Below are positions 35,658-48,131 of a stretch of 64,000 bases of DNA, in pieces (within the stretch, counting starts at the first letter, position 1; the number at the start of each line of letters is the position of its first letter). The notes below the pieces were generated by a model that ran no database searches, was not told the origin of the DNA, and worked only from the letters and a program-made list of their open reading frames with translations. The position numbers were made by a program, and so were the translations under genes. Origin of the DNA: Candidatus Sysuimicrobium calidum (GTDB taxonomy: Bacteria; Sysuimicrobiota; Sysuimicrobiia; Sysuimicrobiales; Sysuimicrobiaceae); contig JAVKHN010000001.1 in the NCBI GenBank assembly GCA_031459935.1, positions 23,388-87,387 on the forward strand, in the 5' to 3' direction.

Positions 35658-36935
35658 GTGCGTGTTCTCCTCGTGGGCTCCGGAGCGCGTGAGCATGCCC
35701 TCGCCTGGTCCCTCCGGCGAAGCCGGCTCGTCTCGGAGGTTCTGGGGGCGCCGGGAAATCCCGGGATGGCGCGTCTGGGGCGGTGTTTCCCCGTGCGGGC
35801 CACGGACATCCCGGGTCTCGTGCACCTAGTAGAGGAGCAAAGGCCGGACCTCGTGGTGGTGGGTCCCGAAGAACCCCTCGCCCTGGGCCTCGTGGATGTT
35901 CTCAGGGCCCGGGGTTTTGCGGTCTTCGGCCCCACCCAGCGGGCGGCCCGCATCGAATCGTCGAAGAGCTTTGCCAAGGAGCTCCTCGGGCGTTACGGGA
36001 TCCCGCAGCCCGCCTACCAGGTCTTTGAGGATCCGGAGGAGGCGATGCGGTGGGTGCGGTCGCAGGATGGACCCTGCGTGGTGAAGGCAGATGGACTCGC
36101 GGCCGGCAAGGGATCCCTGGTGTGTCGGGATTCCAGCGAGGCGGAGGCAGCAATCCACGCCCTCATGGTGGAGGGGCGGGTGGGGGAGGCCGGAAGGCGG
36201 GTGGTGATCGAGGAGTACCTCGAGGGCGAGGAGGCCTCCGCGCTCGCGTTCGTGAGCGGTGAACGTGTGGTCCCGATGCCCCTCGCGCAGGACCACAAGC
36301 GGTTGCTGGATGGGGATCGGGGGCCCAACACGGGCGGGATGGGAGCGGTGGCCCCGCTCCGGCTCTCTTCGGACCTCCCGGCGCGGGTGGTACGGGAGAT
36401 CCTGGAGCCCACGGCCCGGGCCCTGTGCACGGAGGGCACGCCTTTCTGCGGGGTGCTCTACGCGGGTCTCATGCTCACCCGGCAGGGCCCGAAGGTTCTG
36501 GAGTTCAACGCCCGGTTCGGGGATCCGGAGGCCCAGGCCCTGCTCCCGCTTCTCGCCACGGACCTCGGGGAGGTCCTTCTTGCCGTGTGCGAGGGGAGGC
36601 TTGGAGACGTGCCGGTCCGGTGGGTGGAGGGATCCAGCTGCTGCGTGGTGCTCGCGAGTGAGGGGTACCCCGCGCAGCCCGTGCGGGGGCGGAGGATCTA
36701 CGGCCTTGAGCGGCTGGAGGGACGGCCGGAAGTCTTGGTGTTCCATGCGGGCACGGAGGAGCGCGAGGGCGCCGTGTACACCGCGGGCGGAAGGGTGCTC
36801 AGCGTCGTGGGACTCGGGGATACCCTGCGGGCCGCCTGCGAGGCCGCGTACCGGGCCGTGGAGGAGGTGCGCTTCGAGGGGATGCACTTTCGCCGGGACA
36901 TCGGCCGCCGGGCCCGGGCTCATACCGGAGCATGA
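35658..36935 (+). CDS. purD: Phosphoribosylamine--glycine ligase
   Basis: 425 aa; MRVLLVGSGAREHALAWSL N-terminus and ATP-grasp domain. GTG start. Confidence 0.9.
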   Translation: MRVLLVGSGAREHALAWSLRRSRLVSEVLGAPGNPGMARLGRCFPVRATDIPGLVHLVEEQRPDLVVVGPEEPLALGLVDVLRARGFAVFGPTQRAARIESSKSFAKELLGRYGIPQPAYQVFEDPEEAMRWVRSQDGPCVVKADGLAAGKGSLVCRDSSEAEAAIHALMVEGRVGEAGRRVVIEEYLEGEEASALAFVSGERVVPMPLAQDHKRLLDGDRGPNTGGMGAVAPLRLSSDLPARVVREILEPTARALCTEGTPFCGVLYAGLMLTRQGPKVLEFNARFGDPEAQALLPLLATDLGEVLLAVCEGRLGDVPVRWVEGSSCCVVLASEGYPAQPVRGRRIYGLERLEGRPEVLVFHAGTEEREGAVYTAGGRVLSVVGLGDTLRAACEAAYRAVEEVRFEGMHFRRDIGRRARAHTGA

Positions 36936-36945
36936 GGAGCGAGCC

Positions 36946-38220
36946 ATGCCCGTGACCGCGGTGGTAGGGCTGCACTGGGGGGATGAGGGCAAGGGCAAGG
37001 TGATCGATCTGTTGGCCCAGCAGGCGCAGCTCGTGATCCGGTTCAACGGCGGTGCGAACGCGGGGCACACCATCGTGAACGAGTGGGGGGTCTTCCGGTT
37101 GCATCTCATCCCCTCCGGAATCTTCAACCCCGGGTGCCGCAACCTCATTGGCCCGGGCTGTGTGGTGAACCCGGAGGTGCTGCTCCGGGAGATGGAGGAC
37201 CTGCGGGGGCGAAGCCTCCTGCGCGGGGAGCTGCTCCTCTCCGATCGGGCCCACCTCACCTTACCCTTCCACGTGCAGATGGACGTGGCGGAGGACGAGG
37301 CCCGGGCCCACGGCACCACCCGCCAGGGCATCTGGCCCACGTACGCGGACAAAGTCGCCCGCATCGGACTGCGGGCAGGAGACCTCCTCTACCCCGAGTT
37401 CTGCGAGCGGCAGCTGGGTGTCCTCCTGGCGCGGCGGAATGCCCTGCTGCAGGCCCTCTACGGGCAGGCACCGGTGGACGCCGAGGTCCTGCGCGGGCGG
37501 CTGCGGGGGTGGGCGGAACGCCTCCGGCCTCACATCGTGGACGGATTCGAGGTGGTGCAGGAGGCCCTGGAGCGCGACGCGTCCATCCTCCTGGAAGGGC
37601 ACCTGGGCGCCATGCGGGACCTGGACTGGGGGGAGTATCCGTACGTGACCTCCTCCACCACCCTGGCGGGAGGGGCATGCGCGGGAGCGGGAATCCCGCC
37701 GCACCGCATCACCCGCGTCGTGGGCGTGGTGAAGGCATACACCACCGCGGTGGGGTCCGGCCCCCTGCCCACGGAGGAGCGGGGAGAGGTGGGGGAACGG
37801 CTGCGGGAGTTGGGCGGGGAGTACGGGGCCACCACGGGCCGGCCCCGGCGGTGCGGGTGGTTCGACGGCGTGGCGGCTCGGTTCGCGACCCGACTCAATG
37901 GCTGCACGGAGCTGAGCCTCATGAAGCTGGATGTGCTCGATGCCTTCGACCGGATCCGGATCTGTGTGGCCTATGAGTTCGACGGGAAGTTGCTGGAGAC
38001 GGTTCCGCCCACCCCTGTGCTGGAGCGGGTGCGACCCGTGTACGAGGAGCTGGCAGGATGGCGCACTTCCACCTCCGGGGTCGCCCGCTTCTCGGATCTC
38101 CCCCCGCAGGCCCGGGCCTTCGTGCGTCGCATCCAGGAGGTGTGCGGGGTGCCGGTCACCCTGATCGGCACCGGGGCCCGGCGGGAGCACACCATCCACA
38201 CCCCGGGAGGCGTGCTGTGA
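36946..38220 (+). CDS. purA: Adenylosuccinate synthetase
   Basis: MPVTAVVGLHWGDEGKGKVIDLLA...GGANAGHT P-loop and GDEGKGK motifs. The ORF-track start at 36259 is a read-through artefact. Confidence 0.9.
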   Translation: MPVTAVVGLHWGDEGKGKVIDLLAQQAQLVIRFNGGANAGHTIVNEWGVFRLHLIPSGIFNPGCRNLIGPGCVVNPEVLLREMEDLRGRSLLRGELLLSDRAHLTLPFHVQMDVAEDEARAHGTTRQGIWPTYADKVARIGLRAGDLLYPEFCERQLGVLLARRNALLQALYGQAPVDAEVLRGRLRGWAERLRPHIVDGFEVVQEALERDASILLEGHLGAMRDLDWGEYPYVTSSTTLAGGACAGAGIPPHRITRVVGVVKAYTTAVGSGPLPTEERGEVGERLRELGGEYGATTGRPRRCGWFDGVAARFATRLNGCTELSLMKLDVLDAFDRIRICVAYEFDGKLLETVPPTPVLERVRPVYEELAGWRTSTSGVARFSDLPPQARAFVRRIQEVCGVPVTLIGTGARREHTIHTPGGVL

Positions 38221-39548
38221 TCCCTCGGTACACTACCCCGGAGATGGCGGAGCTGTGGAGCGAGCGCACCAAGCTCGCCACCTGGCTCGAGGTGGAGCTC
38301 CTCACCGTGGAGGCCCAGGCCGCCTGGGGGCTCATCCCGCAGGAGGTCGCCTCGCGTCTGCGGGCCCGGGCCCGGGTCCCCGATCCCGAGCGGGTGCGGG
38401 AGGTGGAGCGGCGCACCCGCCACGACGTGGTGGCCTTCCTGGAGGTGCTTTCCCAGGACCTCGGGGACGATGCCCGCTACCTGCACCGGGGCCTGGGATC
38501 CAGCGATGTGGTGGACACCGCCACCGCGGTGCTGCTCGTGCGAGCCACGGACCTGCTCCTGCAGGAACTGGACCGGGTCCTGGAAGGGCTGGCATCCCTT
38601 GCGGACCGGTACCGCAACGCCCTCATGCCGGGCCGCACCCACGGAATGGTGGCGGAACCCACCACCTTCGGACTCAAGGTGGGAAGCTGGCTCGCGGAGA
38701 TGCGGCGCAACCGGGAACGCCTGGAGCGGGCCCGGGAGACGGTGCGGGTGGGGAAGCTGTCGGGGGAGGTGGGCAACTACGCGCACCTCGGACCGTGGGC
38801 CGAGGCGTACGTGTGTGAACGGCTGGGCCTGGTACCGGAGACGGTCTCCACCCAGATCGTCTCCCGGGACCGGCACGCGGAGCTCCTGTGCGCCATTGCC
38901 ATCACTGCAGGAACCCTCGAGCGCATCGCCACGGAGATCCGCAACCTCCAGCGCACGGAGATCCACGAGGTGGAGGAGCCCTTTGAGGCGGGCCAGACGG
39001 GAAGCAGCGCCATGCCCCACAAGCGCAACCCCATCCTGTGCGAGCGGATCACGGGGCTTGCGCGGATGCTGCGGGGCATGAGCCTCGTGGCCCTGGAGAA
39101 CGAGGCCCTGTGGGGCGAGCGGGACATCAGCCACTCCAGCAACGAGCGCCTCACCCTGCCCGGCGCCACCACCCTCCTCCACTACGCCCTGCGGCAGCTG
39201 CGCTACGTCCTCGAGAACCTCCGGGTCTACCCGGAGAACATGCGCCGCAACCTGGGCCGCACGGGCGGCCTCGTGTACTCCCACCGGGTCCTGCTCCGTC
39301 TGGTGGAGCGCGGCATGCCCCGGGAGGAGGCGTACCGAGCCCTGCAGCGGGCCGCCTTCCGGGTCGAGGAGGAGGCCCACCGGACACCGGACGCCTTTCT
39401 GCGGGCGCTACTGGAGGATCCGGCCATCCGACCGCACGCGGACGAGGAGACCCTGCGGTCGTGCTTCGATCCTGTACCCTATCTGGCGCACGTGGACGAG
39501 ATCCTGCGCCGGGTGGGAATTCCACCCACGGGGGAGGGAGCCCCTTGA
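38217..39548 (+). CDS. purB: Adenylosuccinate lyase
   Basis: (V)IPRYTTPEMAELW resembles the B. subtilis PurB N-terminus MIERYSRPEM; fumarate-lyase signature region SSAMPHKRNP. GTG overlaps the purA stop (GTGA). Confidence 0.9.
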   Translation: MIPRYTTPEMAELWSERTKLATWLEVELLTVEAQAAWGLIPQEVASRLRARARVPDPERVREVERRTRHDVVAFLEVLSQDLGDDARYLHRGLGSSDVVDTATAVLLVRATDLLLQELDRVLEGLASLADRYRNALMPGRTHGMVAEPTTFGLKVGSWLAEMRRNRERLERARETVRVGKLSGEVGNYAHLGPWAEAYVCERLGLVPETVSTQIVSRDRHAELLCAIAITAGTLERIATEIRNLQRTEIHEVEEPFEAGQTGSSAMPHKRNPILCERITGLARMLRGMSLVALENEALWGERDISHSSNERLTLPGATTLLHYALRQLRYVLENLRVYPENMRRNLGRTGGLVYSHRVLLRLVERGMPREEAYRALQRAAFRVEEEAHRTPDAFLRALLEDPAIRPHADEETLRSCFDPVPYLAHVDEILRRVGIPPTGEGAP

Positions 39549-40441
39549 ACACCGCTGCCCTGCGGATCCCCCTGCTCTTCCGGGGCAAGGTGCGGGACGT
39601 CTACGACCTGGGGGAGCGGCTGCTCGTGGTGGCCACGGACCGTCTGAGCGCCTTCGATTGCGTGCTCCCCACCCCCATCCCGGATCGGGGCAAGGTCCTC
39701 ACGCAGCTTTCGGCCTTCTGGTTTTCCCACACCGCCTCCATCGTCCCCAACCACCTCATCACCACGGACCTGGGGATCATCGCACAAACCCTGGGTCAGC
39801 CCGCGGAGGCCCTCGCGGAGCTGGTGGATCGCACCATGCTCGTGTGGCGGGCAGAACGCATTCCCTTCGAGTGCGTGGTGCGGGGGTATCTCGCGGGGTC
39901 CGGGTGGCGGGATTACCGGCGTACGGGAGCGGTGTGCGGGATTCGGCTTCCGCGGGGGCTGCGGAAAGGCGAGAGACTTCCGGAGCCCATCTTCACCCCC
40001 GCCACCAAGAACGAGGCCGGGAGTGACGAGAACGTGCCCTTCGAAGTGGTGGCGGAGACGGTGGGGGAGGTGCTGGCCGCACGTCTGCGGGAGGTGAGCC
40101 TTTCCCTGTATCGGTTCCTGCACGGCTACGCGTACGAGCGGGGGTTGGTCTTAGCGGACACCAAGTTCGAGTTCGGGCTGTGGAACGGCCAGCTCCTCCT
40201 CATCGACGAGCTGGGAACTCCAGATTCCTCCCGGTACTGGGACCGGGAGGCGTACGAGACGCAGGGGGCGATGGCCTCCTTCGACAAGCAGTTCGTGCGG
40301 GACTACCTGGAGGGGATCGGGTGGGACAAGCGACCGCCTGCCCCGTCGCTCCCCCCGGAGGTGGTGGAGGCCACCCGGGCCCGGTATCTGGAGGCCTACC
40401 GCCGCCTCACGGGGCAGGTCCCGCCGTGGGGAGCGCGATGA
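39545..40441 (+). CDS. purC: Phosphoribosylaminoimidazole-succinocarboxamide synthase (SAICAR synthetase)
   Basis: LLFRGKVRDVYDLGERLLVVATDRLSAFD pattern. TTG start overlaps the purB stop. Confidence 0.85.
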   Translation: MNTAALRIPLLFRGKVRDVYDLGERLLVVATDRLSAFDCVLPTPIPDRGKVLTQLSAFWFSHTASIVPNHLITTDLGIIAQTLGQPAEALAELVDRTMLVWRAERIPFECVVRGYLAGSGWRDYRRTGAVCGIRLPRGLRKGERLPEPIFTPATKNEAGSDENVPFEVVAETVGEVLAARLREVSLSLYRFLHGYAYERGLVLADTKFEFGLWNGQLLLIDELGTPDSSRYWDREAYETQGAMASFDKQFVRDYLEGIGWDKRPPAPSLPPEVVEATRARYLEAYRRLTGQVPPWGAR

Positions 40442-40659
40442 GGCGGGTGCGGGTGGTGATCTTCCTCAAGCCTGGGGTCCTGGACGCCCAGGGCCAGGCG
40501 GTGGCCACGGGATTGCGGGCCCTGGGGTACGAGGTGGAGGATGTGCGGGTGGGCCGCGCCGTTGAACTGGCGCTTCCGGACGGTGCGGATGTGGAGGAGC
40601 TGTGCGCACGGTTTTTAGCGAATCCCCTCATCGAGGAGTGGCGGGTGGAGGAGGGTTGA
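40438..40659 (+). CDS. purS: Phosphoribosylformylglycinamidine synthase subunit PurS
   Basis: 73-aa small protein ([22 protein letters not shown]...) between purC and purQ. ATGA overlap with purC. Confidence 0.8.
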   Translation: MRRVRVVIFLKPGVLDAQGQAVATGLRALGYEVEDVRVGRAVELALPDGADVEELCARFLANPLIEEWRVEEG

Positions 40660-40660
40660 G

Positions 40661-41359
40661 GTGCGGTTCGGGGTGGTGACCTTTCCGGGATCCAACTGCG
40701 ACGCGGACTGCCGGTGGGTCCTGCGGGAGGTGATGGGATTCGAGACGGAGTCCGTCTGGCATGAGGAGACGGATCTGGCGGGCCTGGACGCCGTGGTGCT
40801 TCCCGGCGGGTTCTCCTACGGGGACTACCTCCGGGCGGGGGCCATCGCGGCCACGAGCCCCGTGATGCTGGCCGTGCGGGCGTTTGCCGCCCGCGGTGGG
40901 CTCGTGCTCGGGGTCTGCAACGGGTTTCAGATCCTCCTGGAGACGGGGCTCCTGCCCGGAGCCATGCTCCCCAACCTCGGGGCTCGGTTCCGGTGCGAGT
41001 GGGTGCGCGTCCGGGTGGAGCGCACCGACACCCCGTTTACCTCCCGGTACCGGCCGGGAGAGGTGCTGCGCATGCCCATCGCGCACCGGGAGGGCCGCTA
41101 CTACGCGGATCCCGCCACCCTCGAGCGGCTGGAGGCAGCGGGTTGCGTGGTGTTTCGGTACGAGGGGGAAAACCCCAACGGCTCCCTGCACGGGATCGCG
41201 GGGATCCGGGACGAGACCGGGAACGTGCTGGGCCTCATGCCGCACCCCGAGCGGTGCGCGGAGGGGATCCTGGGCGGGGAGGACGGCCGGAGGCTGTTTG
41301 AGAGCATGGCGGACTGGATCCGCACCAAGCGCAGGGAGGCGGTATGGCAGAGGTCGTGA
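40661..41359 (+). CDS. purQ: Phosphoribosylformylglycinamidine synthase subunit PurQ (glutaminase)
   Basis: [14 protein letters not shown] and class-I glutamine amidotransferase GVCNGFQIL Cys motif. Confidence 0.85.
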   Translation: MRFGVVTFPGSNCDADCRWVLREVMGFETESVWHEETDLAGLDAVVLPGGFSYGDYLRAGAIAATSPVMLAVRAFAARGGLVLGVCNGFQILLETGLLPGAMLPNLGARFRCEWVRVRVERTDTPFTSRYRPGEVLRMPIAHREGRYYADPATLERLEAAGCVVFRYEGENPNGSLHGIAGIRDETGNVLGLMPHPERCAEGILGGEDGRRLFESMADWIRTKRREAVWQRS

Positions 41360-43506
41360 CGGGGCCCAAGCTGCGCCTGTTTCCTGAGGAGGTGGCGGAG
41401 ATCCGGCGGCGGCTTGGGCGGGAGCCGAACCCCGTGGAGTGGCGGGTGTTCGAGGCGATGTGGTCCGAGCACTGCTCCTACAAGCACTCCCGCCCCTACC
41501 TCCGGGTCCTTCCCGGAGAAGGGCCGGGTGTGTTGCGGGGACCGGGGGGGAATGCGGGCGTGGTGGAGATCGCGCCCGGAGTGGCGGTGGCCATGAAGAT
41601 CGAGAGCCACAACCACCCAAGCGCCGTGGATCCCTTCCATGGCGCCGCCACGGGCGTGGGCGGGATCCTCCGGGACGTGCTGAGCATGGGCGCTCGTCCC
41701 ACAGCCCTGCTCGATTCCCTGCGGTTCGGGGAAGGCCCCAGGTCCCGGCGGCTCCTGGAGGGCGTGGTGGCCGGAATCGCCCACTACGGGAACGCGGTGG
41801 GGGTCCCCGTGGTGGGCGGGGAGGTACACATCGAACCCTGCTACACCCAGCATCCCCTCGTGAACGTGTGCTGCGTGGGAATCCTGAGGTCTCGTGACGT
41901 GCGGGGGGCCGCTGCCGGAGGGCCCGGGAACGTGGTCCTGTACGCGGGGGCCCGCACGGGCCGGGACGGGATCGGAGGAGCTGCTTTCGCCTCCGAGGAG
42001 CTGGACGCGGAAAGCGCGCTACGGGACCGAAGCGCGGTGCAGATCGGGGATCCGCTTGCCGGAAAGCTACTCATCGAGGCCACCCTGGAGGCCTACCGGA
42101 CCGGAGCCGTGGTGGCGGTGCAGGACATGGGGGCCGCGGGGCTTGCGTGTGCGGCCGCGGAGATGAGCGCCCGCGGCGGGGTGGGTATGCGGATCGATCT
42201 GGCCCAGATACCCCGACGGGAGGCGGGGATGCGGCCGGAGGAGGTACTCCTCAGCGAGTCCCAGGAGCGCATGCTGCTCGTGGTGGAGCGGGGCCGGGAG
42301 GAGGAGGTGGCCGGCATCTACCGGCGGTGGGGGCTACTGGCCCAGCCCATCGGGGTGGTGACGGAGGAGAAGGTGCTGCGGGTTTACGACGGAGACCGCC
42401 TAGTGGTGGAGCTCCCGCCGGAGCTCATGACCGGTGCCCCCGAGCGTCGGGTCCCCGAGCGGCCGTATGCGCCCCCGCCGCTCCACCTGGAGACCCTCCC
42501 GGAACCGGAGGATCCGGCGGAAGTGCTCCTCCGGCTTCTGCGCGCGCCCGGGGTCCACAGCAAACGCTGGATCTACACCCAGTACGACCACCTGGTGCAG
42601 ATCAACACCGTGGTGGGACCGGGCTCGGACGCCGCGGTGCTCCGCATCAAGGAGGCATCTCCTTTGGGCATCGCCCTCAGCGTGGACGGCCCGGGCCGCA
42701 TCGCGTCCCTGGATCCGTGGTGCGGGGGAGCCTGGGCCGTGTGCGAGGCCGCGCTCAACGTGGCCTGTAGCGGCGCCCGGCCCGTGGCCGTGACGGACGG
42801 GCTCAACCTGGCAAGCCCCGAGCAGCCGGAGGTGGCCTGGAGCCTGCGGAGGGTGCTCGAGGGGATCGCGGACGCGTGCCGGGCGCTCGGGCTTCCCGTG
42901 ATCGGCGGGAACGTGAGCCTCTACAACGAGTCCACGGACCGCATCTACCCCACGCCCATCGTGGCGGTCCTCGGGGTGCTGCGGGACGTGGCCCGGGCGG
43001 TTCCCTCAGGCTTCCGGCATCCCGGAGACCGGGTGGTGCTCGTGGGCGCCCTCGGGGCCTCCCTCGCGGGAAGCACCTACCTGAAGGAGGTTCACGGCCT
43101 CGTGGCCGGAGCTCCGCCGGCCCCCGACCTCGGCCTGCATGCGCGCCTGGTGGGCCTCCTGGTGCGGGCGGCGGAGGAGGGTCTTGTGCGCTCCGCTCAC
43201 GATCTCAGCGACGGAGGGCTCGGGGTGGCTCTGGCGGAGGCCTGCATCCTGGGGGAGATCGGGGCAGGGTGCGATCTCTCCCTGCAGCGGACCCGGGTGG
43301 ACGAGCTCCTCTTCGGGGAAGGGCCGTCCCGGGTAGTGGTGACGGTCCCCGGGGACCGGTACGAGACCTTCTGCGCGCTGTGCCGGGAGCACCGGGTGCC
43401 CGTGCAGCCGTTGGGCCGGGTGGGAGGGGACACCCTCCGGATCCGGCTTCCTCGTGGCGGCTTGGAGATCGGCGTGTCGGACCTGAGGGAGGCGTGGGAG
43501 GGATGA
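41344..43506 (+). CDS. purL: Phosphoribosylformylglycinamidine synthase subunit PurL (FGAM synthase II)
   Basis: 720 aa with AIRS-like repeated domains; CSYKHS N-terminal motif. Confidence 0.9.
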   Translation: MAEVVTGPKLRLFPEEVAEIRRRLGREPNPVEWRVFEAMWSEHCSYKHSRPYLRVLPGEGPGVLRGPGGNAGVVEIAPGVAVAMKIESHNHPSAVDPFHGAATGVGGILRDVLSMGARPTALLDSLRFGEGPRSRRLLEGVVAGIAHYGNAVGVPVVGGEVHIEPCYTQHPLVNVCCVGILRSRDVRGAAAGGPGNVVLYAGARTGRDGIGGAAFASEELDAESALRDRSAVQIGDPLAGKLLIEATLEAYRTGAVVAVQDMGAAGLACAAAEMSARGGVGMRIDLAQIPRREAGMRPEEVLLSESQERMLLVVERGREEEVAGIYRRWGLLAQPIGVVTEEKVLRVYDGDRLVVELPPELMTGAPERRVPERPYAPPPLHLETLPEPEDPAEVLLRLLRAPGVHSKRWIYTQYDHLVQINTVVGPGSDAAVLRIKEASPLGIALSVDGPGRIASLDPWCGGAWAVCEAALNVACSGARPVAVTDGLNLASPEQPEVAWSLRRVLEGIADACRALGLPVIGGNVSLYNESTDRIYPTPIVAVLGVLRDVARAVPSGFRHPGDRVVLVGALGASLAGSTYLKEVHGLVAGAPPAPDLGLHARLVGLLVRAAEEGLVRSAHDLSDGGLGVALAEACILGEIGAGCDLSLQRTRVDELLFGEGPSRVVVTVPGDRYETFCALCREHRVPVQPLGRVGGDTLRIRLPRGGLEIGVSDLREAWEG

Positions 43507-44903
43507 CGGACCGGTGGCGAGAGGAATGCGGGGTGTTCGGCATCGCGCTGCGCAGCGGCGCCGCAGCGCCCTTCGTGTACACGGGGCTGTTGGCCCTCCA
43601 GCACCGGGGACAGGAGAGCGCGGGCATTGCCACCCATGACGGCGCAACCCTCCACGTGCACAAGGGAATGGGGCTCGTCCCGGAGGTCTTCCGCGGGGAT
43701 CATGCAGGGCTTGCGGGCTCCGTGGGGATCGGACACGTCCGGTACTCCACCATGGGCTCCGCGGTTCTGGATAACGCCCAGCCCGTGGTGGTGCCCTCCC
43801 GGTGGGGACCCGTGGCCGTGGCCCACAACGGCAACCTCACGAACGCTCCCCAGCTCCGGGCGGAACTGGAGGCGCGTGGGGCGGTTTTCCGGACCACCAG
43901 CGACACCGAGGTGATCGCCCTCTCCATCGCCACCGCCCGGGTGGACTCCGTGGAGGAGGCCATCCGCACAGCCATGGCGCGCCTGGTGGGCGCGTTCACC
44001 GTGACCGCGCTCGCGGGTGGAGGTCTCTTCGCCTTCCGGGATCGGTACGGAATCCGGCCCCTGGTGCTGGGCCGGTTGGAGGAGGGATGGGTGGTGGCCT
44101 CCGAGACCTGCGCGCTGGACTCCGTGGGGGCGGTCTACGTGCGGGACGTGCATCCCGGAGAGCTGGTGAAGGTGGAGGGGGACCAGGTACGCGCGGAGCA
44201 GGTACTCCCCGGAGTACGACCGGCGAGCTGCGTGTTCGAGTTCATTTACTTCGCCCGGCCCGACAGCGTACTGCTGGGGCGCACCGTGCACGAGGTGCGG
44301 CGCCGCCTGGGCCGTTTCCTGGCCCGGGAACACCCCGTGGAGGCGGATGTGGTGGTTCCCGTGCCGGACTCCGGCACCTCCGCGGCCCTGGGATACGCGG
44401 AGCAGAGCGGCCTGCCCTTCGAGCTGGGGCTGGTGAAGAACCGGTATGTGGGTCGGACCTTCATCGAGCCGGATCCTGCCCGGAGAGCCTTCGGAGTCCG
44501 GGCCAAGCTCAGCGCCGTTCGGGCCGTGGTCGCGGGCCGGCGGGTGGTGCTGGTGGATGACAGCATCGTGCGGGGAACGACGAGTGCACGACTCGTGCAC
44601 GCGCTGCGCGAGGCGGGCGCCCGCGAGGTGCACCTCCGCATCTCCTCCCCTCCCATCCGATGGCCGTGCTTTTACGGCGTGGACACCAGCAGCCGCGGGC
44701 AACTCGTGGCCGCCCGGCTGGACGTGGATGGCATCCGGCGGGAGATCGGTGCGGACAGCCTCGGATACCTGAGCCAGGAGGGGCTTGTCGCCGCCATCGC
44801 CCTGCCGGGCCACCTCCTGTGCATGGCATGCCTGGACGGCCGCTACCCGACCCCCACCCCCACGGAGTTCGAAGCCGGAAAGTACGCCCTTGAGCGGCGA
44901 TGA
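43503..44903 (+). CDS. purF: Amidophosphoribosyltransferase
   Basis: [14 protein letters not shown] (Ntn Cys) N-terminus and PRTase domain VVLVDDSIVRGTT. ATGA overlap with purL. The ORF-track start at 42876 is a read-through artefact. Confidence 0.9.
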   Translation: MTDRWREECGVFGIALRSGAAAPFVYTGLLALQHRGQESAGIATHDGATLHVHKGMGLVPEVFRGDHAGLAGSVGIGHVRYSTMGSAVLDNAQPVVVPSRWGPVAVAHNGNLTNAPQLRAELEARGAVFRTTSDTEVIALSIATARVDSVEEAIRTAMARLVGAFTVTALAGGGLFAFRDRYGIRPLVLGRLEEGWVVASETCALDSVGAVYVRDVHPGELVKVEGDQVRAEQVLPGVRPASCVFEFIYFARPDSVLLGRTVHEVRRRLGRFLAREHPVEADVVVPVPDSGTSAALGYAEQSGLPFELGLVKNRYVGRTFIEPDPARRAFGVRAKLSAVRAVVAGRRVVLVDDSIVRGTTSARLVHALREAGAREVHLRISSPPIRWPCFYGVDTSSRGQLVAARLDVDGIRREIGADSLGYLSQEGLVAAIALPGHLLCMACLDGRYPTPTPTEFEAGKYALERR

Positions 44904-45940
44904 AGCCCCTCACCTACCGCGATGCCGGAGTGGACCCGGAGGCGAAGGAAGCGCTCCTCCTGCGCCTGAGCGAACGCATCCGGTCCACCTTCACCCCCGC
45001 GGTACTGGATCGGGTAGGGCTGTTCGGCGGGTTCGTGCGCCTTCCGGCCGGGGAGGACCTGATCCTGGTGGCCACCGTGGACGGGGTGGGCACCAAGACG
45101 GAGGTGGCGAACCTGGTAGGCGACTACCGGGTGGTCGGCCACGACGTGGTGGCGCACAACCTCAACGACCTCGCCTGTCACGGCGCCCGGCCCCTCCTGT
45201 TCCTCGATTACTTCGCCTCGGGCCGTTGGAGGCCGGAGGTGCTGGAGGAGGTGCTGACCGGGGTCGTGGAAGCGTGCTCCACCTACGGGGTGGCGCTCCT
45301 GGGTGGGGAGACCGCCCAGATGCCGGATGTGTACCGGGAGGAGGCCTTTGAGGTGGTGGGGTGCGCGGTGGGCGTGGTGGCGCGGACGGGGATCGTGGAC
45401 GGTTCTCGCATCCGACCCGGGGACGTCCTGGTGGGACTTGCGAGCACGGGCCTGCACACCAACGGCTACTCCCTGGCCCGGCGGGTCCTGCTGCGCCGTC
45501 CGCGGGACGTGCACCGGTACGAGCCGGAGCTGGGGGGCACCCGTGGGGAAGCCCTGCTGCGACCGCACCGGTGCTACGCGCCGAACTTGCTCCGCCTGCT
45601 GGAGGCCTTCCCCGGCCAGGTGACGGGCATTGCGCACATCACGGGTGGGGGGATTGCAGGGAACCTCGTCCGCCTCCTCCCCCAGGGATGTACGGCTCGC
45701 GTACGGTTCTGTTGGCCCGTCCCTCCCATCTTCCGGCTCATCGCCCGGGAAGGGCTGGTGGAGGAGGAGGAGATGTTCCGGGTTTTCAACATGGGGATCG
45801 GCATGGTGGTGTGCGTGCGGCCGCACCATGCGGCCGAAATTTCGGCCTTCCTCAGGGCATGCGGGGAGGAGGTCTGGGGGATCGGCGAGGTGGTGGCGGG
45901 AGAACGGCAGGTGGAGATCGTGCCGGAACCGGAGGGGTGA
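44900..45940 (+). CDS. purM: Phosphoribosylformylglycinamidine cyclo-ligase (AIR synthetase)
   Basis: 346-aa AIRS family (GVDPEAKEALL..., DGVGTK). ATGA overlap with purF. Confidence 0.9.
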   Translation: MKPLTYRDAGVDPEAKEALLLRLSERIRSTFTPAVLDRVGLFGGFVRLPAGEDLILVATVDGVGTKTEVANLVGDYRVVGHDVVAHNLNDLACHGARPLLFLDYFASGRWRPEVLEEVLTGVVEACSTYGVALLGGETAQMPDVYREEAFEVVGCAVGVVARTGIVDGSRIRPGDVLVGLASTGLHTNGYSLARRVLLRRPRDVHRYEPELGGTRGEALLRPHRCYAPNLLRLLEAFPGQVTGIAHITGGGIAGNLVRLLPQGCTARVRFCWPVPPIFRLIAREGLVEEEEMFRVFNMGIGMVVCVRPHHAAEISAFLRACGEEVWGIGEVVAGERQVEIVPEPEG

Positions 45941-45942
45941 GG

Positions 45943-46569
45943 ATGTCAGGGCGGGTACGGCTTGCGGTCTTGGTCTCCGGAAGCGGCACGAACCTGCAGG
46001 CCATCCTCGACGCCTGCGCGAGGCCCGACTACCCCGCGGAGGTGGTGGTGGTGGTCTCGGATCGGCCGGAGGCCTTTGCTCTAGAGCGGGCGCGGCGGGC
46101 GGGCGTGCCGGCCCATGTGGTGGACTGGTCCGCCTTCCGGGACCGGGAGGCATTCTGCCGCCGGCTGGAGGCGGTGCTGGCGCCGTATCGGGTGGACCTG
46201 GTGTGCCTGGCGGGGTTTCTGCGCATCCTGGATGCGCGCTTTGTGGCCGCCTACCGGGGTCGCATCCTGAACATCCACCCCTCCCTGCTCCCCGCCTTTG
46301 GCGGAAAGGGCATGTACGGGGAGCGGGTCCACCGGGCGGTGCTGGCAAGTGGCGCCAGGGTGTCGGGCTGTACGGTGCACTTCGTCACGGAGGCGGTGGA
46401 TGCAGGCCCCATCGTCCTCCAGGCGGAGGTTCCTGTGCTCCCCGGAGATACCCCGCAGACCCTGGCGGCCCGGGTGGCGCAGCAGGAGCACCGGATTTAC
46501 CCGGAGGCCATCCGCCGCGTGGCCCTGGGGGAGGTGCGGGGGGAGGATGTGGTGGCGCGGAGGGGTTGA
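45943..46569 (+). CDS. purN: Phosphoribosylglycinamide formyltransferase
   Basis: RLAVLVSGSGTNLQAIL and NIHPSLLP motifs. The ORF-track start at 45361 is a read-through artefact. Confidence 0.85.
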   Translation: MSGRVRLAVLVSGSGTNLQAILDACARPDYPAEVVVVVSDRPEAFALERARRAGVPAHVVDWSAFRDREAFCRRLEAVLAPYRVDLVCLAGFLRILDARFVAAYRGRILNIHPSLLPAFGGKGMYGERVHRAVLASGARVSGCTVHFVTEAVDAGPIVLQAEVPVLPGDTPQTLAARVAQQEHRIYPEAIRRVALGEVRGEDVVARRG

Positions 46570-48090
<1,521 letters not shown>

Positions 48091-48131
48091 TGGTAAGATG
48101 CGGTCGGGGTCCTGCCGTGGGGGAACCGGAG